Assembly (NCBI GenBank): GCA_032119475.1
Contig: JAUMCA010000087.1
Location: 1 to 24,000, forward strand
Length of the DNA: 24,000 nt
Source of the DNA: Thermoleophilia bacterium
Lineage (GTDB): Bacteria > Actinomycetota > Thermoleophilia > Gaiellales > F1-60-MAGs149
Direction of reading: 5' to 3'
In this document: piece after piece, positions 6,735 to 14,632 of the stretch
How positions within the stretch are numbered: position 1 is the stretch's first letter
Layout: each line of letters starts with the position of its first letter
Position numbers and translations under genes: made by a program
The notes under the pieces: model-generated
The model's database searches: none
The model's input: the letters and a program-made list of their open reading frames with translations, nothing else
Told to the model about the DNA's origin: nothing

Positions 6735-7532
6735 TCAGCGCGCGACGACGCGCACGTCGTCCAGCGGCACCGGCACCTCGCGGTCGTCCGCGAGGCGCAC
6801 GACGACCGCGTCCTCCGGCACCCGCACGCCGCGCACGACCCCGCGCCCCTCGGGCGTATCCACGGTCTGGCCGACCGCCGGCGCCCGCTCGCGGAACGAC
6901 CGGTAGAGCGGGTGCTCGAAGGCGAGGCAGCAGCGCAGGCGCCCGCAGAGGCCGGTCACGCGGCCGGGGTTGACCGGCAGGTCCTGGTCCTTCGCCATCC
7001 GCAGGGTGATCCGCTTCTCGTGGGCGGGGAAGCGCGTGCAGCAGAGGACGTCGCCGCACAGGCCGTAGCCGCCCGTGATCCGCGCACCGTCGCGCGGCCC
7101 CATCTGGCGGACGTCGACGCGCACGTCCATGCGCCGACCGACCTCCTGCGCGATCCCGCGCAGGTCCACGCGCTGCTCGCTGCTCACGCCGATCAGGACC
7201 CGGCGCGCGTCGAAGGACATCTCGGCGCCGTGCACCTTCACGCCGCCGTGCGCGGCGGCGACGTGGCGGCGGAACTCCCGCCGCACCTCGGCCGCGCGCT
7301 CGCGCTGGTCGCGCCGCGTCGCCTCATCCTCCGCCGTGGCGGCTCGCAGGACGCGGTGCAGTCGTCCCGGCGGCTCGCCCTCGTGCTCGTGGGGCGCCTG
7401 CACGACGCGTCCGTAGGCCTCGCCACGGTCGGTCTGGCAGATCACGCGCTGGTTCCAGTGCAGGTCGAGCGCGCCCGGGTCGAGCAGCTCGACGCTGCCA
7501 CCGGACTGGAAGACCACGCCGCAGACGATCAC
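6735..7532 (-). CDS. ricT: PSP1 C-terminal domain protein (RicT/YaaT-like)
   Basis: Sequence: VIVCGVVFQSGGSVELLDPG..QRVICQTDRGEAYGRVV. Two Cys motifs, CGDVLCC and CGRLRCCLAFEH, are typical of the YaaT family. The GTG start overlaps the holB stop (GTGA). The gene order tmk-holB-yaaT is conserved. Confidence 0.9.
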   Translation of the reverse strand: MIVCGVVFQSGGSVELLDPGALDLHWNQRVICQTDRGEAYGRVVQAPHEHEGEPPGRLHRVLRAATAEDEATRRDQRERAAEVRREFRRHVAAAHGGVKVHGAEMSFDARRVLIGVSSEQRVDLRGIAQEVGRRMDVRVDVRQMGPRDGARITGGYGLCGDVLCCTRFPAHEKRITLRMAKDQDLPVNPGRVTGLCGRLRCCLAFEHPLYRSFRERAPAVGQTVDTPEGRGVVRGVRVPEDAVVVRLADDREVPVPLDDVRVVAR

Positions 7533-8644
7533 ACCGGCACCGCCTCACGGGCGCCGCGCAGCCGGGCGAACACGGCCGCCAGGGCGAGCGACACGGCGAT
7601 CGGCTGACCGAGCGCCACCCGCACCTCGTCGATGGACGCGATCGCCCGCTCGAGCCGCGCTCGCGGCACCGCCTCCGCGACGACGGCCAGGAGCTGCGGA
7701 TCGGCACCGGAGGCGACGCGGTCCGGCGCGCCGGCCTGGACGCAGAGGGCGTCGCGCAGCACGAGCTGCGCGGTGGCGATGACCGCGCGCAGCATGTCGG
7801 CCTCCGCGCGCCGCCGGCGACGGGCCGCCGTCGTCTTGCCCGCGGTCTCGATGCGCTTGCGCTCCCGGTCGATCTCCCGCGACGAGGGGAGACGCTCCAG
7901 CCGCTCGAGCAGTCCGGCGGTCTCCGCCACGGCCTCCGCCTCCGCGGCGCTGCCCGCGGCCTGCACACCGGTCAGCGCGGCGCGCACGGCCGCGTCCTCC
8001 CCGTCGAGCGTCCCGGCGAGGGCGGCCGCCGCCGCCTGCTCCACGCCCGCGAGCCACGCGCGGGCCTCGGGGTCCGCGGCCAGCCGGCGGGCGAAGCCGA
8101 GATCGCCGCGCGCCCGCGCGCCGACGGCGCGCGCGACCTCGTCCGCCGCCCCGTCGGCCGCCAGTCGGGCCGCGATCGCAGCCGCCGGCAGCGGCGCGAA
8201 GGCGATCGGCTGGCAGCGGGAGCGCACCGTCGGGAGCACGCGCGCCACGTCGTCGGCGAGCAGGAGCAGCACGACCTCGCCGGGCGGCTCCTCGAGCGTC
8301 TTGAGGAAGGCGTTGGCGGCGTCGCGGTTGAGGCGGTCCGCCTCGTGGACGATGCCGACGCGGCGCGGCGCCTCCTGCGGGCGGTAGCGCAGCGCACCGG
8401 CCAGCTCGTGGACCTGATCGACGAGCAGCGCCTCGCCCTCCGGCTCGATGATCGCCAGGTCGGGGTGGCTGCCCGGGACGACGCGCCGCACGTCGCATCC
8501 GAGCAGCGCCGCCGCGAACGCGCGGGCGGCGTCGCGCTTGCCGGTGCCGGGCGGGCCGTGCAGCAGGTAGGCGTGCGCCGGGGTGAGGAGCGCCGCGCGC
8601 AGGAGCGCCTCGGCCCGCGGTTGTCCCGGGAGCGAGAGCGTCAC
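7529..8644 (-). CDS. holB: DNA polymerase III subunit delta-prime
   Basis: Trimmed from track ORF 7529..9130. Starts VTLSLPGQPRAEALLRAALLTPAHAYLLHGPPGTGKRDAARAFAAALLG, followed by IVHEADRLN..AANAFLKTLEEPP and TVRSRCQ. The GTG at 8644 overlaps the tmk stop (GTGA). Confidence 0.9.
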   Translation of the reverse strand: MTLSLPGQPRAEALLRAALLTPAHAYLLHGPPGTGKRDAARAFAAALLGCDVRRVVPGSHPDLAIIEPEGEALLVDQVHELAGALRYRPQEAPRRVGIVHEADRLNRDAANAFLKTLEEPPGEVVLLLLADDVARVLPTVRSRCQPIAFAPLPAAAIAARLAADGAADEVARAVGARARGDLGFARRLAADPEARAWLAGVEQAAAAALAGTLDGEDAAVRAALTGVQAAGSAAEAEAVAETAGLLERLERLPSSREIDRERKRIETAGKTTAARRRRRAEADMLRAVIATAQLVLRDALCVQAGAPDRVASGADPQLLAVVAEAVPRARLERAIASIDEVRVALGQPIAVSLALAAVFARLRGAREAVPV

Positions 8645-9228
8645 GCGCCGAGGTCCTCCAGCGCAGCCCAGATCCGCGCGGCGACGTCGTCGCGCTCGCC
8701 GACGGCGTCCACCAGCCGCACCCGCGCCGGATAGCGCGCGGCGAGCTCGAGGAAGCCATCGGCGACGCGCGCGTGGAAGTCCGCGCCGGCCGCCTCGATG
8801 CGATCCGGCTCCGCGTCGCGGCGGTCCACTCCGTGCAGGACGACGGTGCGGGCGGGCAGGAGCTCCGCCGTCGCGAACAGCGACGCGGCGAGGATCGGCT
8901 CGACCCCGAGACCGCGCGCCATGCCCTGGTAGACGATCGAGCTGTCGATGAAGCGGTCGCAGACGACCCAGGCGCCGCGCTCGAGCGCGGGCCGGATCAC
9001 CTCCTCGACGATCTGCGCGCGTGCGGCGGCGAACAGGAGCGCCTCCGCCCGGTCGCCGAGCGCCACGTCCCCGTCGAGCAGCAGCGATCGCACTCGCTCG
9101 CCGAGCTCCGTGCCACCGGGCTCGCGGCACTGGACGACCTCGTGCCCTGCACCCCGCAGGCGCTCCGCGAGGAGCGCCGCCTGGGTGGTCTTGCCCACGC
9201 CATCGGGGCCCTCGAGGCTGACGAACAT
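8641..9228 (-). CDS. tmk: Thymidylate kinase
   Basis: Trimmed from track ORF 8641..9630. Starts MFVSLEGPDGVGKTTQAALLAERLRGAGHEVVQCREPGGTELGERVR, followed by DRFIDSSIVYQG. 195 aa. Confidence 0.93.
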   Translation of the reverse strand: MFVSLEGPDGVGKTTQAALLAERLRGAGHEVVQCREPGGTELGERVRSLLLDGDVALGDRAEALLFAAARAQIVEEVIRPALERGAWVVCDRFIDSSIVYQGMARGLGVEPILAASLFATAELLPARTVVLHGVDRRDAEPDRIEAAGADFHARVADGFLELAARYPARVRLVDAVGERDDVAARIWAALEDLGA

Positions 9229-9235
9229 AGGGGCA

Positions 9236-9241
9236 AGACTA
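9236..9241 (-). promoter_or_regulatory. Candidate -10 box TAGTCT placed for leaderless tmk expression
   Basis: The reverse strand reads TAGTCT-tgcccct-ATG (7-nt gap). No SD. Confidence 0.4.
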
Positions 9242-9279
9242 CCGCCGCCGCTGCGGCGGGGAGGAACGCCGGCTGCGGC

Positions 9280-9813
9280 GTGGAACGTGGTGCCGTGGCC
9301 ACCGCCGAGCACTCCTTCGCGTTCGATACGCAGGCCTGGACCGCCGCCCGCCGGCGGCGCCTCGTCGAGCGCGTCGCGCCGTGGGGCATCCTCGTCGGGA
9401 TCGTCCTCGGCCTGCTGCTGGTCCTGGCCGGCGGCAGCGCCGCGGTCGACGCGCTCCGCAACCGGGCGCCCGCGGTCGAGCCGAAGGCCCAGGTGCCGCC
9501 GCCGCCGCGCGCGGAGACGCCGATCGCCGTCTGGAACGGCCTCGGCGCCGACGGCGTGGCCGCCGAGGCAGCCCGCCAGCTGATGCTCGACCAGTACCCG
9601 ATCACCGCGGTCGGGGACGCGCCGGATCACTCCTACGAGCGCACGTACGTGATGTACCAGGTCGACGATCCCGCCGGGCGCCCCGCGGCACGCGAGCTGA
9701 TTCGCCGCCTCCAGCTCAAGGACGCCGTGCCGACGCCGCTCGAGGGGGTTGGCGCCGACCGTCTGGGCGGAGCGCGCCTCCTGCTGATCGTCGCCGACCC
9801 GCTACCGCACTGA
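9280..9813 (+). CDS. LytR_C domain-containing membrane-anchored protein
   Basis: C-terminal part of track ORF 8773..9813. It has one TM segment (WGILVGIVLGLLLVLAGG). The LytR_C-like pattern follows: IAVWNGLGADGVAAEAARQLMLDQYPITAVGDAP..YERTYVMYQ. Start is GTG 9280 or 9295; GGGGAGGA lies at 9258-9265. Confidence 0.75.
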   Translation: MERGAVATAEHSFAFDTQAWTAARRRRLVERVAPWGILVGIVLGLLLVLAGGSAAVDALRNRAPAVEPKAQVPPPPRAETPIAVWNGLGADGVAAEAARQLMLDQYPITAVGDAPDHSYERTYVMYQVDDPAGRPAARELIRRLQLKDAVPTPLEGVGADRLGGARLLLIVADPLPH

Positions 9814-9844
9814 GCCAGGGGACCGCCGCCCGCCCAAGGGCGTC

Positions 9845-9850
9845 TAGCAT
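9845..9850 (+). promoter_or_regulatory. Candidate -10 box TAGCAT placed for leaderless expression of the Wzy_C gene
   Basis: TAGCAT-cggcggc-GTG(9858): 7-nt gap, no SD. Confidence 0.4.
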
Positions 9851-9857
9851 CGGCGGC

Positions 9858-11795
9858 GTGCGTCCGCTGCCCCGCCTCAGCCCGAGCACTGCGCTGCTCC
9901 TCGCCGTGCCCGGCGTCGTCATGGCCGCCTGGGGGATCCTATTCGGCGCCGGCGGGCTCGCACCGGGTGCCGCCAATCTGATCGCGCTCGGCACGACGCT
10001 ACCCGCGGCGATCGTGATCGGCTTGGTCGCACTCGACCGCTGGCCGTTCGCGATGCCCAGCCGGACCACGCTGGTCGCCGGCGCGGGATTGCTCGCGTTC
10101 GGCGTCGTCGCCGCGCTGTCGGCGACGTGGTCGCTCTCGCCGCAGCGCTCCGTCGACCAGGCGATCCTCGCCGCGGCCTACCTCGGCGCGCTCGCGCTCG
10201 GCGTGCTCGTCGGCCCCGCGCTGCCGCGGCCCGGCACGGCGTTCGCCGTCGGCACGACCGCGCTCGCGACGGCCTGCAGCGGCTGGGCGCTGCTCGCGCG
10301 CTCGTTCACCATCACCACCGGTGTCTCGCTCAGCCCCCGCCTGTCCGGCACGCTGACCCTGCCGAACGCACTGGCGGTGCTGGCGCTCGTCGGGCTGTTC
10401 GGCGGACTCGCGCTGTGCGCCCATCGCGAGCGGCGGCTGCGCGCGGCCGGCGGCGCCGTGGCCGCGATCAACGCGCTGGCGCTGGTCCTGACCTCCTCGC
10501 GCTCCGGTCTCGGCCTCGCCCTGCTGGGGACGATCGCGCTGCTGCTCGTGCTGTCGAGCGCGCCGCGCATGCGCCTCGTGGGGCTGATCGCGATCGTGCC
10601 GGCGATCGTCGCGGGCCTCCGGATCGCTACGTGGGATGCCTTCACTGCCTTTGAGCGCAGTCTGACTCCCGGAGGTTGGAGACTGCTCGCAGCGGCGATC
10701 GGGGTGTCGATCGCCGGGGCTGCCATCGCGGCGCTCGTGCCGCGCGTGCTGCCCGGCTGCGACCCGGCCGGGCCCACCGGCCGCGCCTCGCGCCGGACGC
10801 TGGCGATCGCCGGCGGCGGCGTGGTCCTCCTCCTGCTCGGCCTCGTCGTCGCGGCCGGCGGTCCCAGCGGCACGATCCAGGCCATCCGCGAGGGCTTCAG
10901 CGGCCCCGTCGGCCAGTCGGGCGTGCGCGTCGGCATCGGCTCGAACCTGCGCGACCACTGGTGGGCCACGGCCCTCGACGGGTTCCGCGAGCGGCCGCTC
11001 GAGGGCTGGGGCGCCGGCACCTTCCGGATCCTCGAGCAGATCAGCGCCGTGCCGGTCTACGTGACCGACTCGGCGCACAACACGATCCTCGAGGCGCTGT
11101 CCGGCACCGGTCTGATCGGCGGGCTCCCCTTCATCGTCGGCGGCGTCGCGCTCGTGCTGATGGCGATCGACGGCATCCGCCGCCCGCGCCCGGGCGATGC
11201 GGTGGGCGCCGCCGTGACCGGCATCGCCGCGCTGGCCTTCGTGCTGCAGGGCCTCGTCGACGTCGACTGGACGCTCGCCGCCCAGGGCGTGGTCGTCTAC
11301 GCCGCGATCGGGGCCATCGCACGCCAGCCCGCGCCGACACCGACGCCGGCCCGCCTTTCGGGATCGACGAGGACGGTGGCCGGAACGCTCTCCATCGTGC
11401 TCGTCGTAGCCGGCCTGTTCGCGCTGCCGTTCTGGCTGAGCGCGCGGGACACCATGCGCAGCAACGCCCAGATCGCCGACGACCCGGCCGCTGCCCTCGA
11501 CGGGGCGGCACGGGCCCGCGCCCTGAACCCGCTCGCGATCGACCCGCTGCTCGCCGAGGCCGAGGCCCGCGAGCTCCTCGGCGACGAAGCCGGCGCGACC
11601 GCGGCGCTCCGACGGGCGATCGAGCTCGAACCGGAAAACTTCGAGCCGTGGCTGTACTACGGAACGTTCCTCGCCTTCTCCTGGGGCCGTGTCGAAGAAG
11701 GCCGTGCTGCGCTGGAGAGAGCTCTCGAACTCAACGGCGACGACTGGTCGGTACGGACGGTCTACGAGTCATTACCGCCACCGAACACGGGGTAG
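9858..11795 (+). CDS. O-antigen ligase/polymerase-like (Wzy_C domain) polytopic membrane protein with C-terminal TPR region
   Basis: Trimmed from track ORF 9381..11795. Many TM segments. Motifs: LVLTSSRSGLGLALLG and AHNTILEALSGTGLIGG. The C-terminus has TPR-like repeats (ALNPLAIDPLLAEAEARELLGDEAGATAALRRAIELEPENFEPWLYYG). GTG start at 9858. Confidence 0.82.
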   Translation: MRPLPRLSPSTALLLAVPGVVMAAWGILFGAGGLAPGAANLIALGTTLPAAIVIGLVALDRWPFAMPSRTTLVAGAGLLAFGVVAALSATWSLSPQRSVDQAILAAAYLGALALGVLVGPALPRPGTAFAVGTTALATACSGWALLARSFTITTGVSLSPRLSGTLTLPNALAVLALVGLFGGLALCAHRERRLRAAGGAVAAINALALVLTSSRSGLGLALLGTIALLLVLSSAPRMRLVGLIAIVPAIVAGLRIATWDAFTAFERSLTPGGWRLLAAAIGVSIAGAAIAALVPRVLPGCDPAGPTGRASRRTLAIAGGGVVLLLLGLVVAAGGPSGTIQAIREGFSGPVGQSGVRVGIGSNLRDHWWATALDGFRERPLEGWGAGTFRILEQISAVPVYVTDSAHNTILEALSGTGLIGGLPFIVGGVALVLMAIDGIRRPRPGDAVGAAVTGIAALAFVLQGLVDVDWTLAAQGVVVYAAIGAIARQPAPTPTPARLSGSTRTVAGTLSIVLVVAGLFALPFWLSARDTMRSNAQIADDPAAALDGAARARALNPLAIDPLLAEAEARELLGDEAGATAALRRAIELEPENFEPWLYYGTFLAFSWGRVEEGRAALERALELNGDDWSVRTVYESLPPPNTG

Positions 11796-11798
11796 CAT
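11793..11798 (+). promoter_or_regulatory. -10-like hexamer TAGCAT overlapping the Wzy_C stop, 8 nt upstream of the next ATG
   Basis: TAGCAT-tcggagcg-ATG(11807). The GGAG inside the spacer could instead act as a short SD. Confidence 0.3.
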
Positions 11799-11806
11799 TC
11801 GGAGCG

Positions 11807-12430
11807 ATGCTCGCCGCCAGCCGCATTGCCCTGCTCGCGTTGCTCGCGTGTGCGTGCTTCGTGACTGCGCCAGGGCTCGGTGCCGCGCCCGCGGAGGCCG
11901 CCGCGAAAAAGAACTGCGGTAAGCAGATCATCGACGAGTACTTCATGTCCTGGCGGATCAAGTACCACCCGCAGGAGTGCTACGCGTCCGCGCTGAAGCA
12001 GATCGATCCCGACGCCCGCATGTACTCCGGCATCATGGGCGCGATCCGCGCCGCCCGCGCGCGCGACCGCGCCAAGGACAACCGGGCCGCGAGCGGCGGG
12101 GACGACGCCGCGACCGGGGGATCCGTCGCGCCCTACGACGGCGGCGACGGCGGTGGGACGCCGGACGGCGCGGCGGACTCCGCCGCCCCCGTCGAGCCGA
12201 TCGAGCCGCTGCCGGTCGAGGAGTTCCCGGTGGAGGTGCCGGACGCGGTCGACGTGCCGTCCGACGAGGCGAGCGCGCTCTCCGCGACGGCCGGTGAGGC
12301 GGCCTCGCCGGTGCCCACGGTCGACGGCGTGGTGCCGCTGCCCGTGGCGATCCTGATGGGCCTCGCCGGTCTCGTCACGCTGGTCGGCGTCGGCGGCCTG
12401 ACGGTCCGCTGGCTCGACGGCCCGCGCTAG
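11807..12430 (+). CDS. Secreted, C-terminally membrane-anchored hypothetical protein with an acidic Ala/Ser/Pro/Gly low-complexity linker
   Basis: C-terminal part of track ORF 10676..12430. Signal peptide: MLAASRIALLALLACACFVTAPGLGAAPAEAAA. A small Cys-containing domain follows, then the linker GGDDAATGGSVAPYDGGDGGGTPDGAADSAAPVEPIEPLPVEEFPVEVPD. The C-terminal TM segment is PLPVAILMGLAGLVTLVGVGGLTVRW. Confidence 0.7.
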   Translation: MLAASRIALLALLACACFVTAPGLGAAPAEAAAKKNCGKQIIDEYFMSWRIKYHPQECYASALKQIDPDARMYSGIMGAIRAARARDRAKDNRAASGGDDAATGGSVAPYDGGDGGGTPDGAADSAAPVEPIEPLPVEEFPVEVPDAVDVPSDEASALSATAGEAASPVPTVDGVVPLPVAILMGLAGLVTLVGVGGLTVRWLDGPR

Positions 12431-13635
12431 GACGCGGCGCGCCGGAACACGAGCGCGGCATCGTGGCCGCCGAAGCCGAACCCCGTCGAGACGACGACAT
12501 CCGGCCGCGCCGGCGTCGCCGTGCGGACGAGCGCGAGATCGACATCCGGGTGATCGAGGTTGCCCGTCGGCGGCAGCTGATCCCGCACCAGCGCGACCAG
12601 GGTCACGAGCGCCTCGATGGCGCCGGCCGCGGCGAGCGTGTGGCCGTGCTGGCCCTTCGTCGAGGAGACGGGCGTCTCCCCCAGCCCCGCGAGCCGCAAC
12701 GCGAGCGCCTCGGCCGCGTCGCCCACCGGCGTCGAGGTGCCGTGCGCGTTCACGTAGCCGACCTCCGCGGCGGCGACGCCCGCGTCATCGAGCGCGGCGC
12801 GGATCGCGCGAGCCGGTCCCTCGCCCGTCTCGTCCGGGCTCGTCAGGTGCCCGGCGTCGCAGGCCTGGCCGTAGCCGATGACCTCCGCGTAGACGCGTGC
12901 GCCGCGGGCGAGCGCGTGCTCGCGCTCCTCGAGCACGAGCACCGCCGACCCCTCCGCCATCACGAAGCCGTCGCGCGCGGCGTCGAACGGCCGCGAGGCC
13001 GCGGCGGCCCCGCGCGCCAGCGAGGCGACGGCGCCCAGGCGCAGGTAGCCGGCCACGATCGGCGCGACGATCGGCGCCTCCGCGCCGCCGGCCAGCATCG
13101 CCTCGGCGCGCCCGTCGCGAACCCGCTCGTATGCCCAGCCGATGGCATCCGACCCCGCTGCGCATGCGGTGGCGGGCGCAGCGGTCGGCCCGCGCACGCC
13201 GTGCAGGCGGGCGACGCCGGCCACGGGGGCGTTCGTCAGCGCGAGGGGGATCATGAACGGGCTGACGCGGTCGATCCCGCGCTCCAGCAGGGCCCGCTGG
13301 CCCTCGAGCAGCGTCGCGGCACCACCGTGGGCGCTGGCGATCGCCGCGCCGATCCGGGTGCCGTCGAGGCCGAGCTCGCCGGCGTCGGCGAGCGCGCGCG
13401 TCGCGGCGACCGCGGCGAGGACGCCGGCCCGGTCCATGCGCCGCACCTCCCGTCGGCCGATCTCCGCCTCCGCGTCGAGATCCGGGACACGGCACACCGG
13501 CACCGGCGGCAGCCCCTCCAACGCGGTCTCGGTCGCGCCGGACGTGCCGGCGAGCACGGCATCCCAGACGGCCTCCGGATCGTGGCCGAGCGTCGATGCG
13601 ATCCCGAGGCCCGTGATGACGACGCGATGGGCCAT
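12427..13635 (-). CDS. fabF: Beta-ketoacyl-ACP synthase II-like condensing enzyme (Cys-His-His type)
   Basis: Trimmed from track ORF 12427..13746. Starts MAHRVVITGLGIASTLG. Active-site contexts: ATACAAGSDAIG, VNAHGTSTPVGD, SSTKGQHGHTLAAAG. No acpP, fabD or fabG adjacent. The stop overlaps the convergent upstream gene's stop (CTAG). Confidence 0.88.
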   Translation of the reverse strand: MAHRVVITGLGIASTLGHDPEAVWDAVLAGTSGATETALEGLPPVPVCRVPDLDAEAEIGRREVRRMDRAGVLAAVAATRALADAGELGLDGTRIGAAIASAHGGAATLLEGQRALLERGIDRVSPFMIPLALTNAPVAGVARLHGVRGPTAAPATACAAGSDAIGWAYERVRDGRAEAMLAGGAEAPIVAPIVAGYLRLGAVASLARGAAAASRPFDAARDGFVMAEGSAVLVLEEREHALARGARVYAEVIGYGQACDAGHLTSPDETGEGPARAIRAALDDAGVAAAEVGYVNAHGTSTPVGDAAEALALRLAGLGETPVSSTKGQHGHTLAAAGAIEALVTLVALVRDQLPPTGNLDHPDVDLALVRTATPARPDVVVSTGFGFGGHDAALVFRRAAS

Positions 13636-13826
13636 ACGGGGAGTGTGCCGAAGCACGCCGACGCGTGCCGCGCGCCTGCCCGAGACGGTGCGCACGCGGC
13701 CCGGCTGCGTCGCCGGCAGCGGCCTACCGTCCGGACATCGCCACACGCGGCGGCTCGGTGGCCACCGGGGAGGCGCCGACCGGTGGCGGCCGTGTCACCA
13801 TCACCCTGCCGACTTGGAACCGGGTA

Positions 13827-13854
13827 TTTGCAGTCCTCATACGACTGATAGGAT
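13827..13854 (+). promoter_or_regulatory. Candidate comA promoter TTTGCA-N16-TAGGAT in a locally AT-rich patch, positioned for a leaderless transcript
   Basis: TAGGAT (13849-13854) is followed by ttactc and then ATG (13861), a 6-nt gap. The 13811-13860 patch is conspicuously AT-rich compared with the rest of the window. Confidence 0.4.
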
Positions 13855-13860
13855 TTACTC

Positions 13861-14631
13861 ATGGATTTCGCCAACTTCCTCGACCTGCCCGCGCGCGTGC
13901 AGAAGCCGCGCGAGATCGGGATGACGCACGTCATGGACAAGGGCCTCGGCCTCGCCGAGATCCAGACGATGGTCGATATGAGCGGCGACTTCATCGACAT
14001 CGTGAAGCTCGGCTGGGGCACGTCGTACGTGACCGCCAACCTGCGCGAGAAGCTGGACCTCTACCGCTCGCTCGACATCCCCGTGGTCTGCGGCGGGACG
14101 CTGCTCGAGGTGGCGGAGTCGCGCGGCAAGGTCGACGGCTACCGCACCTGGCTGTCCGAGCAGGGCTTCGCCTGCGTCGAGGTCTCCGACGGCACGCTCG
14201 ACATGCCGCGCGAGCGGAAGCTCGAGCTGATCGCGCTGTTCGCCGAGGACTTCAAGGTGCTCAGCGAGGTCGGCTCCAAGGACGCCGAGGAGATCTACGC
14301 CCCGTACCAGTGGGTCGAGTGGATCAAGGAGGAGCAGGCGGCCGGCGCCTGGAAGGTGATCACGGAGGCCCGTGAGTCGGGCACCGCCGGCATCTTCCGC
14401 ACGTCCGGGGAGGTGCGCAGCGGCCTGATCGACGAGATCGCGCACGAGATCGACATCTCGACGCTCCTCTTCGAGGCACCGCAGAAGGCCCAGCAGGCGT
14501 GGTTCATCAAGCACTTCGGCCCCGACGTCAACCTCGGGAACATCCCCCCGGACGAGGTGATCCCGCTCGAGACCCTGCGTCGGGGGCTACGCTCCGACAC
14601 GATGCTGGACATCCTCGAACTCGAGCGCTGA
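13861..14631 (+). CDS. comA: (2R)-phospho-3-sulfolactate synthase family protein (ComA family)
   Basis: 256 aa: MDFANFLDLPARVQKPREIGMTHVMDKGLGLAEIQTMVDMSGDFIDIVKLGWGTSYV..PVVCGGTLLEVAE..GFACVEVSDGTLDMP..SEVGSKD. I recognise this as the ComA/YitD family pattern over the full length. Confidence 0.88.
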   Translation: MDFANFLDLPARVQKPREIGMTHVMDKGLGLAEIQTMVDMSGDFIDIVKLGWGTSYVTANLREKLDLYRSLDIPVVCGGTLLEVAESRGKVDGYRTWLSEQGFACVEVSDGTLDMPRERKLELIALFAEDFKVLSEVGSKDAEEIYAPYQWVEWIKEEQAAGAWKVITEARESGTAGIFRTSGEVRSGLIDEIAHEIDISTLLFEAPQKAQQAWFIKHFGPDVNLGNIPPDEVIPLETLRRGLRSDTMLDILELER

Positions 14632-14632
14632 C

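Noticed and set aside
7529-11795. N-terminal extensions of track ORFs for holB (533 aa), tmk (329 aa), LytR_C protein (346 aa) and Wzy_C protein (804 aa)
   Set aside because: The extensions run through neighbouring genes in other frames or strands and have artefactual composition. Conserved N-terminal motifs (P-loops, TM anchors) plus start/stop overlaps or -10 hexamers support the shorter starts given in the feature list.
12390-12430. C-terminal PLP + hydrophobic segment + Arg tail of the low-complexity protein as a PEP-CTERM or LPXTG-type sorting signal
   Set aside because: There is no LPXTG motif, the PLP is not the PEP consensus, and no sortase or exosortase gene is in the window. A simple C-terminal membrane anchor is the conservative reading.
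13814-13833. Sigma-54-like promoter TGGAAC-N-TTGCA upstream of comA
   Set aside because: The GG-to-GC spacing is 14 nt rather than the invariant 12 nt. The -24 element is TGGAAC, not TGGCAC. A TTTGCA-N16-TAGGAT sigma-70-type reading fits better.
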